A stretch of DNA of 64,000 bases from Octopus vulgaris (taxonomy: Eukaryota). How positions within the stretch are numbered: the first letter of the stretch is position 1; each line of letters starts with the position of its first letter. The translations under genes and the position numbers were made by a program. The DNA lies in the NCBI GenBank assembly GCA_951406725.2, contig OX597818.1, positions 15,376,001 through 15,440,000 on the forward strand. The letters run 5' to 3'. Positions 1 to 10,820 of this stretch are shown here, piece after piece. The notes under the pieces were generated by a model. It was not told the DNA's origin. It did not search any database and saw nothing but the letters and a program-made list of their open reading frames with translations.

Positions 1-934
1 GGAAAAAGTGTATATGCACATATGCAAATAAATGTTCATGTGTGGGTGCATACATGCATATGCATATTTGGTGCTGTTTGTCAGTGTTATATTTGTGTCT
101 GTATGAATGAATGCATGTGTGTAGACATGTATGGGTATCTCATACTGCCATAGAAATGCTTACTTTGGCAATTCAGTCTATTCTATTAGATCAATGCTTC
201 TATTAGATCTAAATCCACACTGAGAATCTGGAACAATGATAACAGGCATATGCGTCAGCAAATAAATGGGATGAGAGGATGGAGCCCAGTGGAAATTGTA
301 GCTTCTAGATACACTTTGTTTGCCAGTTAGAGGTTTGTGTTGTTTCCTAAGGGGGTGCTCAGTTTTTTTTGTTTTTTTTGTAAGAGTAGATAACAGAGAA
401 TAGAGTTTAAAACTTTCTCAATGTAGATGGTAGTTAGAGTGGTAGGAATAATATTGTTGTTGTTGAGTAGAGTGGTCTGAATCAGTAATATAATTTGGGG
501 TGAGAGAGAGACAGACAGACAGAGAGATGGGTTTGTGATATCAAGGATTAGCATGTAGATTTAAGTGGTAGCTCGAGAAGGCAGCAATAGCACAGTTAGT
601 CTGTGACAGTTGCTCACTTTTCATGAATTTGTAGCCAGTTATTGAGTGAGTAAAGACACATCTACATGGTTACTTGACCTGTTAGAATTAGCAGTTAATC
701 TCCTTTGAACCTTATCCTTATCATCTGAATACATTGGATAAAGTTGTACTGAATATAAAATGTCGGAAAATAAGCTGGGATGATCATGGCTTGAATAATG
801 TACATTCCACACACTGATCAGAAATTAATAAATGAATTAGATATATTACTTAGTACATGGTTATCCATATGGGTTACTTACATGCAATTTAGGTTATTTT
901 CAAAAGATTTTGTAAAACTGATTTGTAACTTTGA

Positions 935-1270
935 TAGAGGGAACCTATGAAACAGGAAGACCCAAGAAGATATGGGACAAGGTGGTGAAACATGATCTTC
1001 AAATCTGGCCTCACAGAGATAATAAGTGAGTGAGACTTTTGGTGATATACCATGCTTGAGAAGACCTGTCAAACCAAGTGAAATCGTAGTCATGACCGAT
1101 GTCAGTGCTGTGTGATTGGCATCCATGCCAGTGGCATGTAAAAAGCACTATTCGAATGTTGAGCTTCATGGAGGCAGTGACAGGTCACTGCGACCTTTGG
1201 TGATATACCATGCTTCAGAAGGCCTGTGAAGCCAAGAGAAATTGTAGTCATGGCTGATGCTGGTGTCACA
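935..1270 (+). mobile_element. RTE/RTE-X LINE 3' end remnant with duplicated 3' UTR segment
   Basis: Reads GRPKKIWDKVVKHDL, a typical RTE C-terminal motif. Segment ~1020-1110 is repeated at ~1175-1268. Shares 'gaagacctgt..caagtgaaa' with the repeat at 36260-37131. Confidence 0.6.
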
Positions 1271-1519
1271 TATGTAGGTATGTATGCATGTGTGTGAGCA
1301 TGTGCATGTGTGTGTGTGCATGCACATGCGTGTGTGTGTGCATAGACAGATAAATACATACAGACACAAACATATGTATTTACATGCATTCGAAAAGAGA
1401 TGGTAAATGGACAACCACTTATATGAGGCATTATACCATTGATAAGAAATGTTACATAAATGTAAGCATAAGCATATTTAGCAAAGAAAAACATAGTCCC
1501 CTGTGTGTGTGTATATATA

Positions 1520-1556
<37 letters not shown>

Positions 1557-1895
1557 ATATATATATACAGAGAGAGAGAGAGAGAGAGGCAGACAGAAAG
1601 ACAGACCGATAGGTAGATAGATAGAGAGAGAGAGAGAGATATACACATACATTCATATATATATATATATACATATATGTACACACACTCTTTTTCTTCA
1701 TAGATATTTTTCTTATCTTTTTCTTAATTTTTCTCCCCTATTTTTCCACTTTTTTCCAATTATTTTCTTATTTGACTCATACACTAACCAATTGCAGGCC
1801 ACCACCTACAAGTATATTCATGCTATAAATAATAATTTGCTTCTGCTATACACCTGCAAAACTCTGAGTAATAAGAGAGGCAGAACTCAACACTA

Positions 1896-1946
<51 letters not shown>

Positions 1947-2052
1947 CATATATACAAATACATATACTATGTGTGTATGTATGTATATATCTATATATGT
2001 ATATATATAATATGTACACACTCACACATATAGATATATACGTATGTATATA

Positions 2053-2130
<78 letters not shown>

Positions 2131-2275
2131 TCCTGGGGTCAATTTGTTCGACTAAAACTCTTCAAGGTGTTGCTCCAGCATGGCCACAGCCAAATGACTG
2201 AAACAAGTAAAAAATAAAAGAATAAAAGAATATATATATATATATATATATATGTATAAGTGTATATATAATATG

Positions 2276-2306
<31 letters not shown>

Positions 2307-2315
2307 AGGTATGTA

Positions 2316-3400
2316 CAGTACCATGCAGAAGTCTTTGGCCACTTTAAACTATTGTAAATTTCTACTAATTGCCAACTTATAAGTGGTTGTTCCGCATTGT
2401 GTTTTTCACAGATGAAACATTGACTCTGTTGGTGTCATTTTCATACTTAATCATTATATTTTGTACTGTTTGAGAGGGGAAGATGTGAGATGACCACCAA
2501 AAATGGCAGTGCAAAAGTTTTCAGCCACCTCACACAAACCAATCAATATACTCTGTTTTAATACTTCCATAAATAAAGTCTTCTTTAATCATTTCACCAC
2601 TGGAAAAAATTGGAAGAGCCTTTCTTGCAATATGGACACATATTTATCTGAGTTTATGTTTCCCCTCAAACTCCACCCTCAAAATCAACCATTGCTCCAA
2701 ATTGCTCCTCAGACCATCACAGAATAGCTGCCATGTTTCATTGTTGGCTGCAATCTTTACACATCAAATTCTTGATCACAGAGTCTCCAGACCTACACTT
2801 CACCACTGTCAGGAAATACAACAAATCTGGATTCATCAGAGAATATGACAGTGCCCCAAAATGCTTGTTGCCTTTCCACCATCCCATTGGCCCAAGCTTT
2901 TCTCTGCTTGATGTTGGTTGGTTGAAGAAGTGGCTTCCTTCTTGCTGCTCTGCCATAATAACCAAGTTTGTGGAGATACCTGACAGCTATTCTGGGGCTG
3001 ATATCAGCTCGTTCTGTTATGTCAGAGGCCTTGCAATGAGGAATATCCACCACACTTTTCTTAGCAAAGAGAAGGGTCCTATCAGAGGGTCCTGTTGATC
3101 TGGGTAAAGTGATGTGGACTCCTTCCCTTCTCTGGTGAATTGCACAATCACTCTATTAACTGTAGAAAGCAGGAATCCAAGGTTTTCTGCAATTTTATGC
3201 TATGTCCATCTTCAGCATGTCTCATGGCCTCTTTGAAATTCAGACAGTTCCAAGGCTTCTTTTGTACATGGCATGATTAAGCAGTCACGTATAGAACCTG
3301 AAACATAAAAATGTCAATTAATAAAAAAATAAACCATTACAAGTTAGAATAAACATAAAATGATGATTTATAGGGTGTCTATTTACTTCTGTCATATCTG
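2316..3400 (-). mobile_element. Degenerate Tc1-like transposon
   Basis: ORF 2793-3053 has LGYYGRAARRKPLL...WGTVIFSDESRF (Tc1 HTH-linker plus first catalytic Asp). Imperfect TIRs (cagtaccatgcagaagt / acttctgtcatatctg) are flanked by TA. Confidence 0.85.
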
Positions 3401-3433
<33 letters not shown>

Positions 3434-4190
3434 ATTTATATATATATTACTATATGTGTGTGTGTGTACATATAGAGGAAGAATGTGTTTACATTCTTAT
3501 TCAACCTACAGTGAAGTTTTTTAATATTTAAATTTTTCAAAGTTTTTCTAATTTAAGCTGTTTTATGCTCGCTCCCCCCCTCTCTCTTTCTTTTACACAC
3601 AAATGCACACACATACATATGGAAGAATGTATCATATACAGACATGCATACACTTATACATGCTTATACACATGCATATACATACACAAGCATATATTAT
3701 ATACAGACACTTGCTCCCACACATACATATGGTCCCCCCCCCACACACACACACACATTGTACCAGCTTGCTCAGATTCCCAATTTACAACCAAGGCCAA
3801 ATTATATTACCATAAAAGGCATGAGCACTTACATAAATATTTTTTGAAAACCATATTGGCAGGCATGTAACTAGTAAGGGAATAAGCTTATAAAATAATT
3901 TGTGTGAATTCCTGCGAAATCATATTTCTGAAGGTTCTAGAAGCTTTGCTGAAGGTTATAAAAAACCTGAATATTGAACCCCAAAACAAAATCACCTTAG
4001 GTGCACATTAATGTGCTCTTTCTTCTGCTTTGTGTACAATTTTTTGGCAAAGGATAATTAATTTTGGGCTGTAACATCTACATAAATACATATCCATATA
4101 CATGCAAATACCTAGCTACATATTTACTTGCCTTATTCTGTTTATAATAACTATAATTCAATTATCATATGACAATATCATATAAAACAT

Positions 4191-4537
4191 GAAGGGACAT
4201 GAAGGCCTGCAACATCAATATTAGCAGTTGGGAAGAAATTGCCAGCAACCGTGCAGATTGGCGACGTACCGTAAAAGAGGGAATACAAAAGAGTGACAGA
4301 GAGAGAGAGGAGAAATGGAAAGACAAGAATAGACATCAACAAGAAACTATGACACTACAACCAGCCAGAAACAGTCTTCGCTACATTTGCGGTACCTGCC
4401 AGAGGGAATGTTTGTCCAGGATAGGACTACACAGCCACAGCAGGAAATGTATCAGGACATGAAATGTAAAAGCCGGACTGGACTATTTTATGCACAACTC
4501 CATTGTCTCCCGAGACAAAAAGGATGCCAACAACCTT
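4191..4537 (+). mobile_element. 5'-truncated RTE-clade LINE (C-terminus with C2H2 finger, short CAA tail)
   Basis: ORF 4199-4462 has SWEEIASNRADWRRTVKEG...CGTCQRECLSRIGLHSH. Flanked by ~75-bp direct repeats at 4115-4190 and 4538-4612. Confidence 0.85.
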
Positions 4538-4614
4538 GCTACATATTTACTTGCCTTATTCTGTTTATAATAACTATGTCCAATTGTCATATGACAATAT
4601 CATATAAAACATAT

Positions 4615-4971
4615 AAGGTGGCAAGCTGGCAGATTTGTTAGCACATCGGGGAAAAATGCTTAGCAGCATTTTGTCCATTTTTACATTCTGAGTTCAACTT
4701 CCATCGAGGTCGACGCTTTCACCTTTTGGGGGTCAATAAAATGAGTACCTATTTCTTTATTACCCACAAGGGGCTAAACATAGAGGAGACAAACAAGGAC
4801 AGACATAGGTATTAAGTCGATTACATCGACCCCAGTGCATAACTGGTACTTAATTTATCGACCCCGAAAGGATGAAAGGCAAAGTCAACCTCGGCGGAAT
4901 TTGAACTCAGAACGTAACTGCAGACAAAATACGGCTATGCATTTCGCCCGGCGTGCTAACGTTTCTGCCAG
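4615..4971. mobile_element. Two adjacent oppositely oriented copies of tRNA-derived SINE family A
   Basis: A-box-like TGGCAGA and B-box GAGTTCAAATTCC followed by CCTTTCATCCTTTCGGGGTCGATAAA. Other copies at about 8762-8995(+), 11244-11470(-), 12375-12550, 14897-15125, 29330-29530(-), 34193-34417, 43735-43935, 53095-53490, 53835-54000 and 59050-60100. Confidence 0.85.
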
Positions 4972-5483
4972 TTGAGCAATGGGGTTGTTGTAATCAACTT
5001 ACTCTCTACCCACAAAACATTATTTCTATCATTATGCAGTGCAAACCTTTAAATATCACATATACAATAAGACATATGTTTTCCAATACAATTAATTCAT
5101 TGTGCATATGCAAAATACAGCTGTTTGAAATAATAAATACACAGATATCAAAAACATTAATTGTTAGGTCATTCATGTTTGAGAACACAGCCTCTTACCC
5201 CTACCTCTTATTTCTTAATTTTTAACTAATTACCATAACCACCATAAGCATGAGTTAGATGGCATTTATTGAGGTAGATTCTTATGGATGGATGCTCTTC
5301 CTGTTGCAAACCCTTATCTATTTCCATGCAAGGTAATATTTCCTCATGGCCAGAAATGTTCTCATAGAATAATGGAAATGAATGACATTAATTTATAGCA
5401 CTCACACACACATACACATACATGTATACATATATATGTCTATATTTATATCCATCTATCTATTATCGATCTGTCTGTCTGTC

Positions 5484-5558
<75 letters not shown>

Positions 5559-5591
5559 TCAACCACGTGCTTTCACATACCAACTTTCTTA

Positions 5592-5626
<35 letters not shown>

Positions 5627-6544
5627 AGCTAGCTAGCTAGCTATCTGTATACATACTTACAAATATGCATACACACACACACACACATAGTTGACAGATG
5701 ACATCCAGATATTTTCCATATAAACGTACTTGCGAAGTCCAAATGTTCGAATGTGAATCAATGAAGAGGATGATAAAGCGAATGCAAAATGATTCATAAG
5801 GAATCCGGAACATGTATAAAGTCTATGCATATTTTTATATATTTATAAATTATCGTGCATATGTATGTATCTATAATTTCTTAGAAATCTTTTATATGTC
5901 ATATAAGATGAATGCATCTATGTATATACTTTATATACCATGGAGAATTTCATTAATATGCATTGAAAGAATATATACATCGACTATTGTATTTGTTTTC
6001 TCTCCTCCTTAATTTTATATTCCTGGAGCTCTATGAGAGCACTAATTGGTTGAGCTGTATAAAGTGAATATCTATATCACTTATTTCTTCATTGTTTTAT
6101 ATATGTGCGTGTGTGTATTTATATATGTGTATATGTGTGTCTCTGTTTATCCCCCTGCCCCCACTGCTTGACAACCAGTGCTGGTGTTTTTCTGTCCCCT
6201 TAACTTAGCAGTTAGGCAAAAAAGAAAAAATCAATGGTGCCCCAGCATGGCCGCGGCCTTCAGACTAAAACATTTTTAAGGATGTTTAAGGATTTAAGAA
6301 TAAGTACCAGTCTTTAAAAAAAAAGTAAGTATTGGACTCAGTTCATTTGACTAAAAATATTCCTCAGTGTAATGCCCCAGTATGGCCACAGTCTAATGAG
6401 CAAATCAAATAAAAGATGTATGCTTGTGTGAGCATGTATGTTCATTTTATTACTTTCATTTCTCTCACTGCTAAAGGAATGGAAGTCAATGTCCAGTCAC
6501 ATATTTAACAGTTTTTACTTTTTTTTTTTTTTTTTAAATTTCAG

Positions 6545-6865
6545 GTGTTCCTATTGTGGATCATCTAGAAAATGTCATTGAAGCTGAAGAGTCACAGAGC
6601 AAAACTGTTAAGTGTTTCATTTATTCATACTCTCAGAAAATTCATGTTGAGTGGCTCCATAACAATCATCTAAAAGAAGGGGTAATTTTATCCCAATCAA
6701 ATCGTCAAGCAACTGTGGTAAATGAAACAGTTCAGTTACCAGGATATATTGCTCAATTAGAATTAAAAAATATTAGAGAGAAAGATTTTGGAAAATACAC
6801 GCTATATGTTCACAATAAAGAAGGTGTATCAAATGCTACATTTATTTTAAGAAATGCAGCTACAG
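6545..6865 (+). CDS. IgSF receptor: membrane-proximal Ig (I-set-like, Kirrel/nephrin-like) domain exon; upstream exons not identified in the window
   Basis: Poly-T tract then tttcag acceptor; G|gtaag donor; 321 nt, phase 1-1. Encodes GVPIV..VKCFIYS..VEW..LELKNIREKDFGKYTLYVHNKEG..FIL, with B-strand Cys, C-strand Trp and the D-x-G-x-Y tyrosine corner. Confidence 0.92.
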
Positions 6866-7299
6866 GTAAGGTTTATTTATCTTTTATTTTCTATTTGATT
6901 CAGTTCTTGGTCTGTGGCCATGCTGGGGTACCAATTTGTAAGGTTTACTTGAACAAATCAACCCTGTATTTATTTTAAAGTTTGCTTCTGCTACTAATAC
7001 TATTGGCCTTTTTTTTTTTGCTGAGCCACTAATTTACAAGATGTAAACAAACCAGTACAGGTGTCAAGTGGTGGGGGGATAAGCCCAAACATACAGACAT
7101 ACATACACACACACATACATGTATATATGTGACAGGATTCATCTTCCAAATCCACTCACAAGGGTTGGATCCGCCCAGGACTTTTGTAGGAAGCATTTGC
7201 CCAAGGTGCCATTTAGTGAGACTGAACCCAGGGTCATATGGTTGGGAAGCAAGCTTCCCACCACACAACCACATCCATGTGCTTATATATACATATATC

Positions 7300-7690
7300 A
7301 TCATTATCATCATCGTTTAGCATCTGCTTTCCATGCTGGCATGGGTTGGACGGTTCAACTGGGGTCTGGGAAGCCAGAAGGCTGCACCAAGCCCAGTCTG
7401 ATCTGGCAATGTTTCTACGGCTGGATGCCCTTCCTAATGCCAACCACTTCATGAGCGTAGTGGGTGATTTTTATGTGCCACCGGCACAGGTGCCAGGTGA
7501 GGCTGGCAAACGACCATGATCAGATGGTGCTTTTTATGTGCCACCGGCACAGAGGCCAGGCAAGGCTGGCAATGGCCACGATCAGATGGTGCTTTTATGT
7601 GCCATCAGCACGGAAGCCAGTCGGAGCAGCGCTAGCAATGGCCACATTCGGATGGTTCTCTTATGTGCCACCAGCACTGGTATCACAGCT
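7300..7690 (-). mobile_element. RTE-X 3'UTR-type retroposon (family D) with ~58-bp internal tandem units and (ATG)n tail
   Basis: Contains ggatgcccttcctaatgccaacc and repeated tgtgccaccggcac units. Other copies at about 16100-16270, 36260-37131, 37900-38045, 42065-42325, 45925-46145, 49880-50615 and 61665-61810. Confidence 0.7.
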
Positions 7691-7987
7691 ACCATATATA
7701 ATACCTTGTAAGTGAATTTAGTAGGCAGAAACTGTAAGTGAAGCCCATCACACACACATGTTCAATATTGTTATAATTATTGCTAATATACACTCCAGGC
7801 AATATTATTATCCAGTGAAGTGAATATGGAGTTACCCATCACAGAAATTTTCAGCATCAGTGATGATTAATAGTAGTCATAGATATTAAATACTAATAGA
7901 TGTGATAGCTGTAACTGAGAACCACCATGGTATCCAGCTGAATGATATATCCATCTAAACTCACACACACATATATATATATATATA

Positions 7988-8271
7988 CAGGGTGTGGTGA
8001 ATAAATTGTCATCTAAATTATGCAAACATGAAAATATCACTGACATCTCATTTTAACAGATATATTTACCAAAATTACAAAGAAATATCTTGAAATACTA
8101 AAGTGTATAGGCGTAGGAGTGGCTGTGTGGTAAGTAGCTTGCTTACCAACCACATGGTTCCCAGTTCAGTCCCACTGTGTGGCACCTTGGGCAAGTGTCT
8201 TCTACTATAGCCTTGGGTCTACCAAAGCCTTGTGAGTGGATTTGGTAGATGGAAACTAAAAGAAGCCCATC

Positions 8272-8313
<42 letters not shown>

Positions 8314-9510
8314 GTGTGTATATGTTTGTGTGTCTGTGTTTGTCACCCCCAACATCACTTGACAATCAATGCTGGTGTGTTTCCTTCCCCGCAACTTAGT
8401 GGTTCAGCAAAAGAGACCGATAGAATAAGTACTAGGCTTACAAAGAATAAGTCCTGGGGTCGATTTGCTCGACTAAAAGCAGTGCTCCAGCATGGCCACA
8501 GTCAAATGACTGAAACAAGTAAATTTATTCAATAAAATCGCCATCGGCTTCAACCACAGCCTCCAGACAACTTCAGAATCTCTTGCAACTCTTCTGGATG
8601 GTCTCCTTGTTTAAGTTGGTGACTGTTGCCAATATCCTTGCTTTCAGTTCATCTTTGGTGTTACAAGGAGTTTTGTTGGTCTCTTACACAATTATGCCCC
8701 ACACATAATAATCAAGGGGGTTGCAGTCTGGGGAGTTAGGTGGCCAGATGTTAGGGGTGATTAAGGCAGCAAGCTGGCAGAAACGTTAGCACGCCAGGCG
8801 AAATGCTTTGCAGTATTTCGTCTACCGCTACGTCCTGAGTTCAAATTCCGCTGAGGTCAACTTTGCCTTTCATCCTTTCGGGGTCGATTGAATAAGCACC
8901 AGTTATGCACTGGGGTCGATATAACCGACTTAATCCATTTGTCTGTCCTTGTTTGTCCTCTCTGTGTTTAGCCCCTTGTGGGTAGTAAAGAAATAGATGT
9001 TAGGGGTGATGTAGTCACAGAAATTGTCTGACAGCCATGACTGGTTTCTCCTGCCTGTGTAGTATGGTGCAGAGTTCTGTTGCCAGACACAGGGTTTTCC
9101 AGCAGCCAGCCTTTTGATCCAGGGCATCACTACCTTCACCAGGCACTTGATGTAGGACTCTGTGTTGAGTCTGAGGCCACGTGGGAAGATGAATGGAGGC
9201 TAACATTGCCATCACTAATGATCACTCCAAACACCATCATGTTGACTGGGTGTTTGATTTTTATCACTCTCAGTACATATTTTGGGGATACGGTAAGTCA
9301 AAGGTTGTTCTGTGTTCACCATCTGATTCTGGCAGAAATTTTTCTCATCTGAGATAAACCAAAACGTTCATTTGAAGGGGATGCTTGAATTTGTTCAAAA
9401 GCTTCATAGCATTGACTTTCCTCTTGTCCTTGATGGCTTGGGATAAAAATTGGCCCTTTCTTCATCTTGTATGAGGAATACCAAATGTCTTCATGCACGA
9501 CCTGCACTCA
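7988..9510 (-). mobile_element. Degenerate maT/DD37D-like Tc1/mariner transposon interrupted by two SINEs
   Basis: TA-cagggtgtggtgaataaa terminus. Minus-strand translation gives WQQNSAP...WLSDNF...WPPNSPDCNPLDYYVWG...LEAVVEADGDFIE with stops. The same 3' end recurs at 32078-32386(+). Confidence 0.8.
8109..8522 (+). mobile_element. tRNA-derived CORE-like SINE family B with internal (TA)n/(TG)n
   Basis: gtggctgtgtggtaag...gttcagtcccactg...ACCTTGGGCAAGT (CORE-like)...tgactgaaacaagtaaaa. Further copies at about 18440-18835(-), 24415-24785(-), 27890-28290(-), 44000-44225(-), 49443-49860, 52238-52680, 57256-57650 and 60270-60415(-). Confidence 0.85.
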
Positions 9511-9902
9511 AGTTTTACCCAAATTATTCCTTCATTGATATAGTTATGTATTGATTTCCCAAGCAAGTTCACATTACATTAACTTTGTTAATTTTTATGA
9601 TACTTTATTACATAGCCATTAGCCTCTAACTTTTGATCCTGTGATATGGACTATCCCATTAACCTCACTCCACAATGTCTTACCATTGCTATTTCCTCCA
9701 GTATATTGAAATAGGATGTAACTCTCAGAACCAATGGAAATCACTTCTGGGAGTGACTTTCTTTACTATAAGCTATAATCCCATAACTTACGGATATTAC
9801 TTTGGAATTTACTTTTTTGCTATCTCTTACTATTTTTTTTTTATTATTTTATTATATTATTTTATATTACTTCATCACATGTTAGATTCCTAACATTATG
9901 GT

Positions 9903-10046
9903 CTCTCTGATGAAGCTTTGGGGCTCAATTATTGTCCAACCCCTGTCCAATGTTTGTTCAACCTTTGTACAATCCCTGTATATTACTGGTATGATGTGGA
10001 AACCTTGACAAGTTGGACACCCCCAAAGTAGAAATAGCTGTAAGAG
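9903..10046 (+). ncRNA. Type I hammerhead ribozyme motif (Penelope-like pLTR type) with extended stem II
   Basis: ctct-CTGATGA-a-gctttgggg...ccccaaagt-a-GAAA-t-agct-GTA-agag. Stem I is ctct/agag, loop 3 is the palindrome AGCT, and stem II is extended by tgtccaac/gttggaca. Confidence 0.7.
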
Positions 10047-10211
10047 TTTAGTATTTTTCCCTCATTAACTTCTTATTCATTTACTTATTTTTATTTGTTT
10101 ATTTGTTTTGATAACTTATACATATGATTGTAATTAATTAATAAATAGATCCAAATGAATGTTTACAGGCTGATGTTTGTCGATTGATTATCCTCTCCCT
10201 TTTCTTATTTG

Positions 10212-10369
<158 letters not shown>

Positions 10370-10572
10370 TCATATATATATACATATATATATATATATA
10401 TGTATATATATACACACACACACACATTTACATATATATACACATACATACATATATATATATATACACACACACATATATATATGCATATACACACATA
10501 TATATCGTGGTCGTCATCATGATGATATCCAGGTGAGATCCAGGCCATGATTGACAACTAAGATATATGTAA

Positions 10573-10620
<48 letters not shown>

Positions 10621-10712
10621 TTCTCTCTGTCTTTATATAGCTCTCTTTACCTCTCTCTTTACATCCTCTTTCTTCTAGTTCTCAGTAACCCTTACTTGTT
10701 ATGTACTTTCAG

Positions 10713-10820
10713 CTAATAATGTACTGACCATTGGAATTACGTGTGCTGTGATAGTTCTCATTCTTGTTACACTTATCATATGCTGCTTTTGGTACTTTTC
10801 TATCAGGAAGATCCCATCAG
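10713..10820 (+). CDS. IgSF receptor: transmembrane exon
   Basis: tactttcag acceptor; CAG|gtaaag donor; 108 nt, phase 1-1. Encodes ANNVLTIGITCAVIVLILVTLIICCFWYFSIRKIPS: hydrophobic helix, Cys-Cys, then basic stop-transfer residues. Confidence 0.9.

Noticed and set aside
1102-2342. Long ORFs rich in YI/CV/HT/LS dipeptides (also 5382-5640, 10177-10613, 23847-24243, 33757-35102, 60312-60745)
   Set aside because: These are translations of stop-free (TA)n, (TG)n, (GA)n and (TCTA)n microsatellites.
6866-6978. Hydrophobic C-terminal extension of ORF 6556-6978 as a TM segment
   Set aside because: It lies after a consensus G|gtaag donor in T-rich intron sequence, and a better TM exon exists at 10713-10820. 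An intron-retained isoform cannot be excluded.
7464-7690. Regularly spaced repeats resembling a CRISPR array (also 36300-36960, 50060-50400)
   Set aside because: The context is eukaryotic, the spacers are similar to each other, and there are no cas genes. These are internal tandem units of a retroposon.
8762-8860. tRNA gene-like A and B boxes
   Set aside because: These are heads of high-copy SINEs, with no complete cloverleaf.
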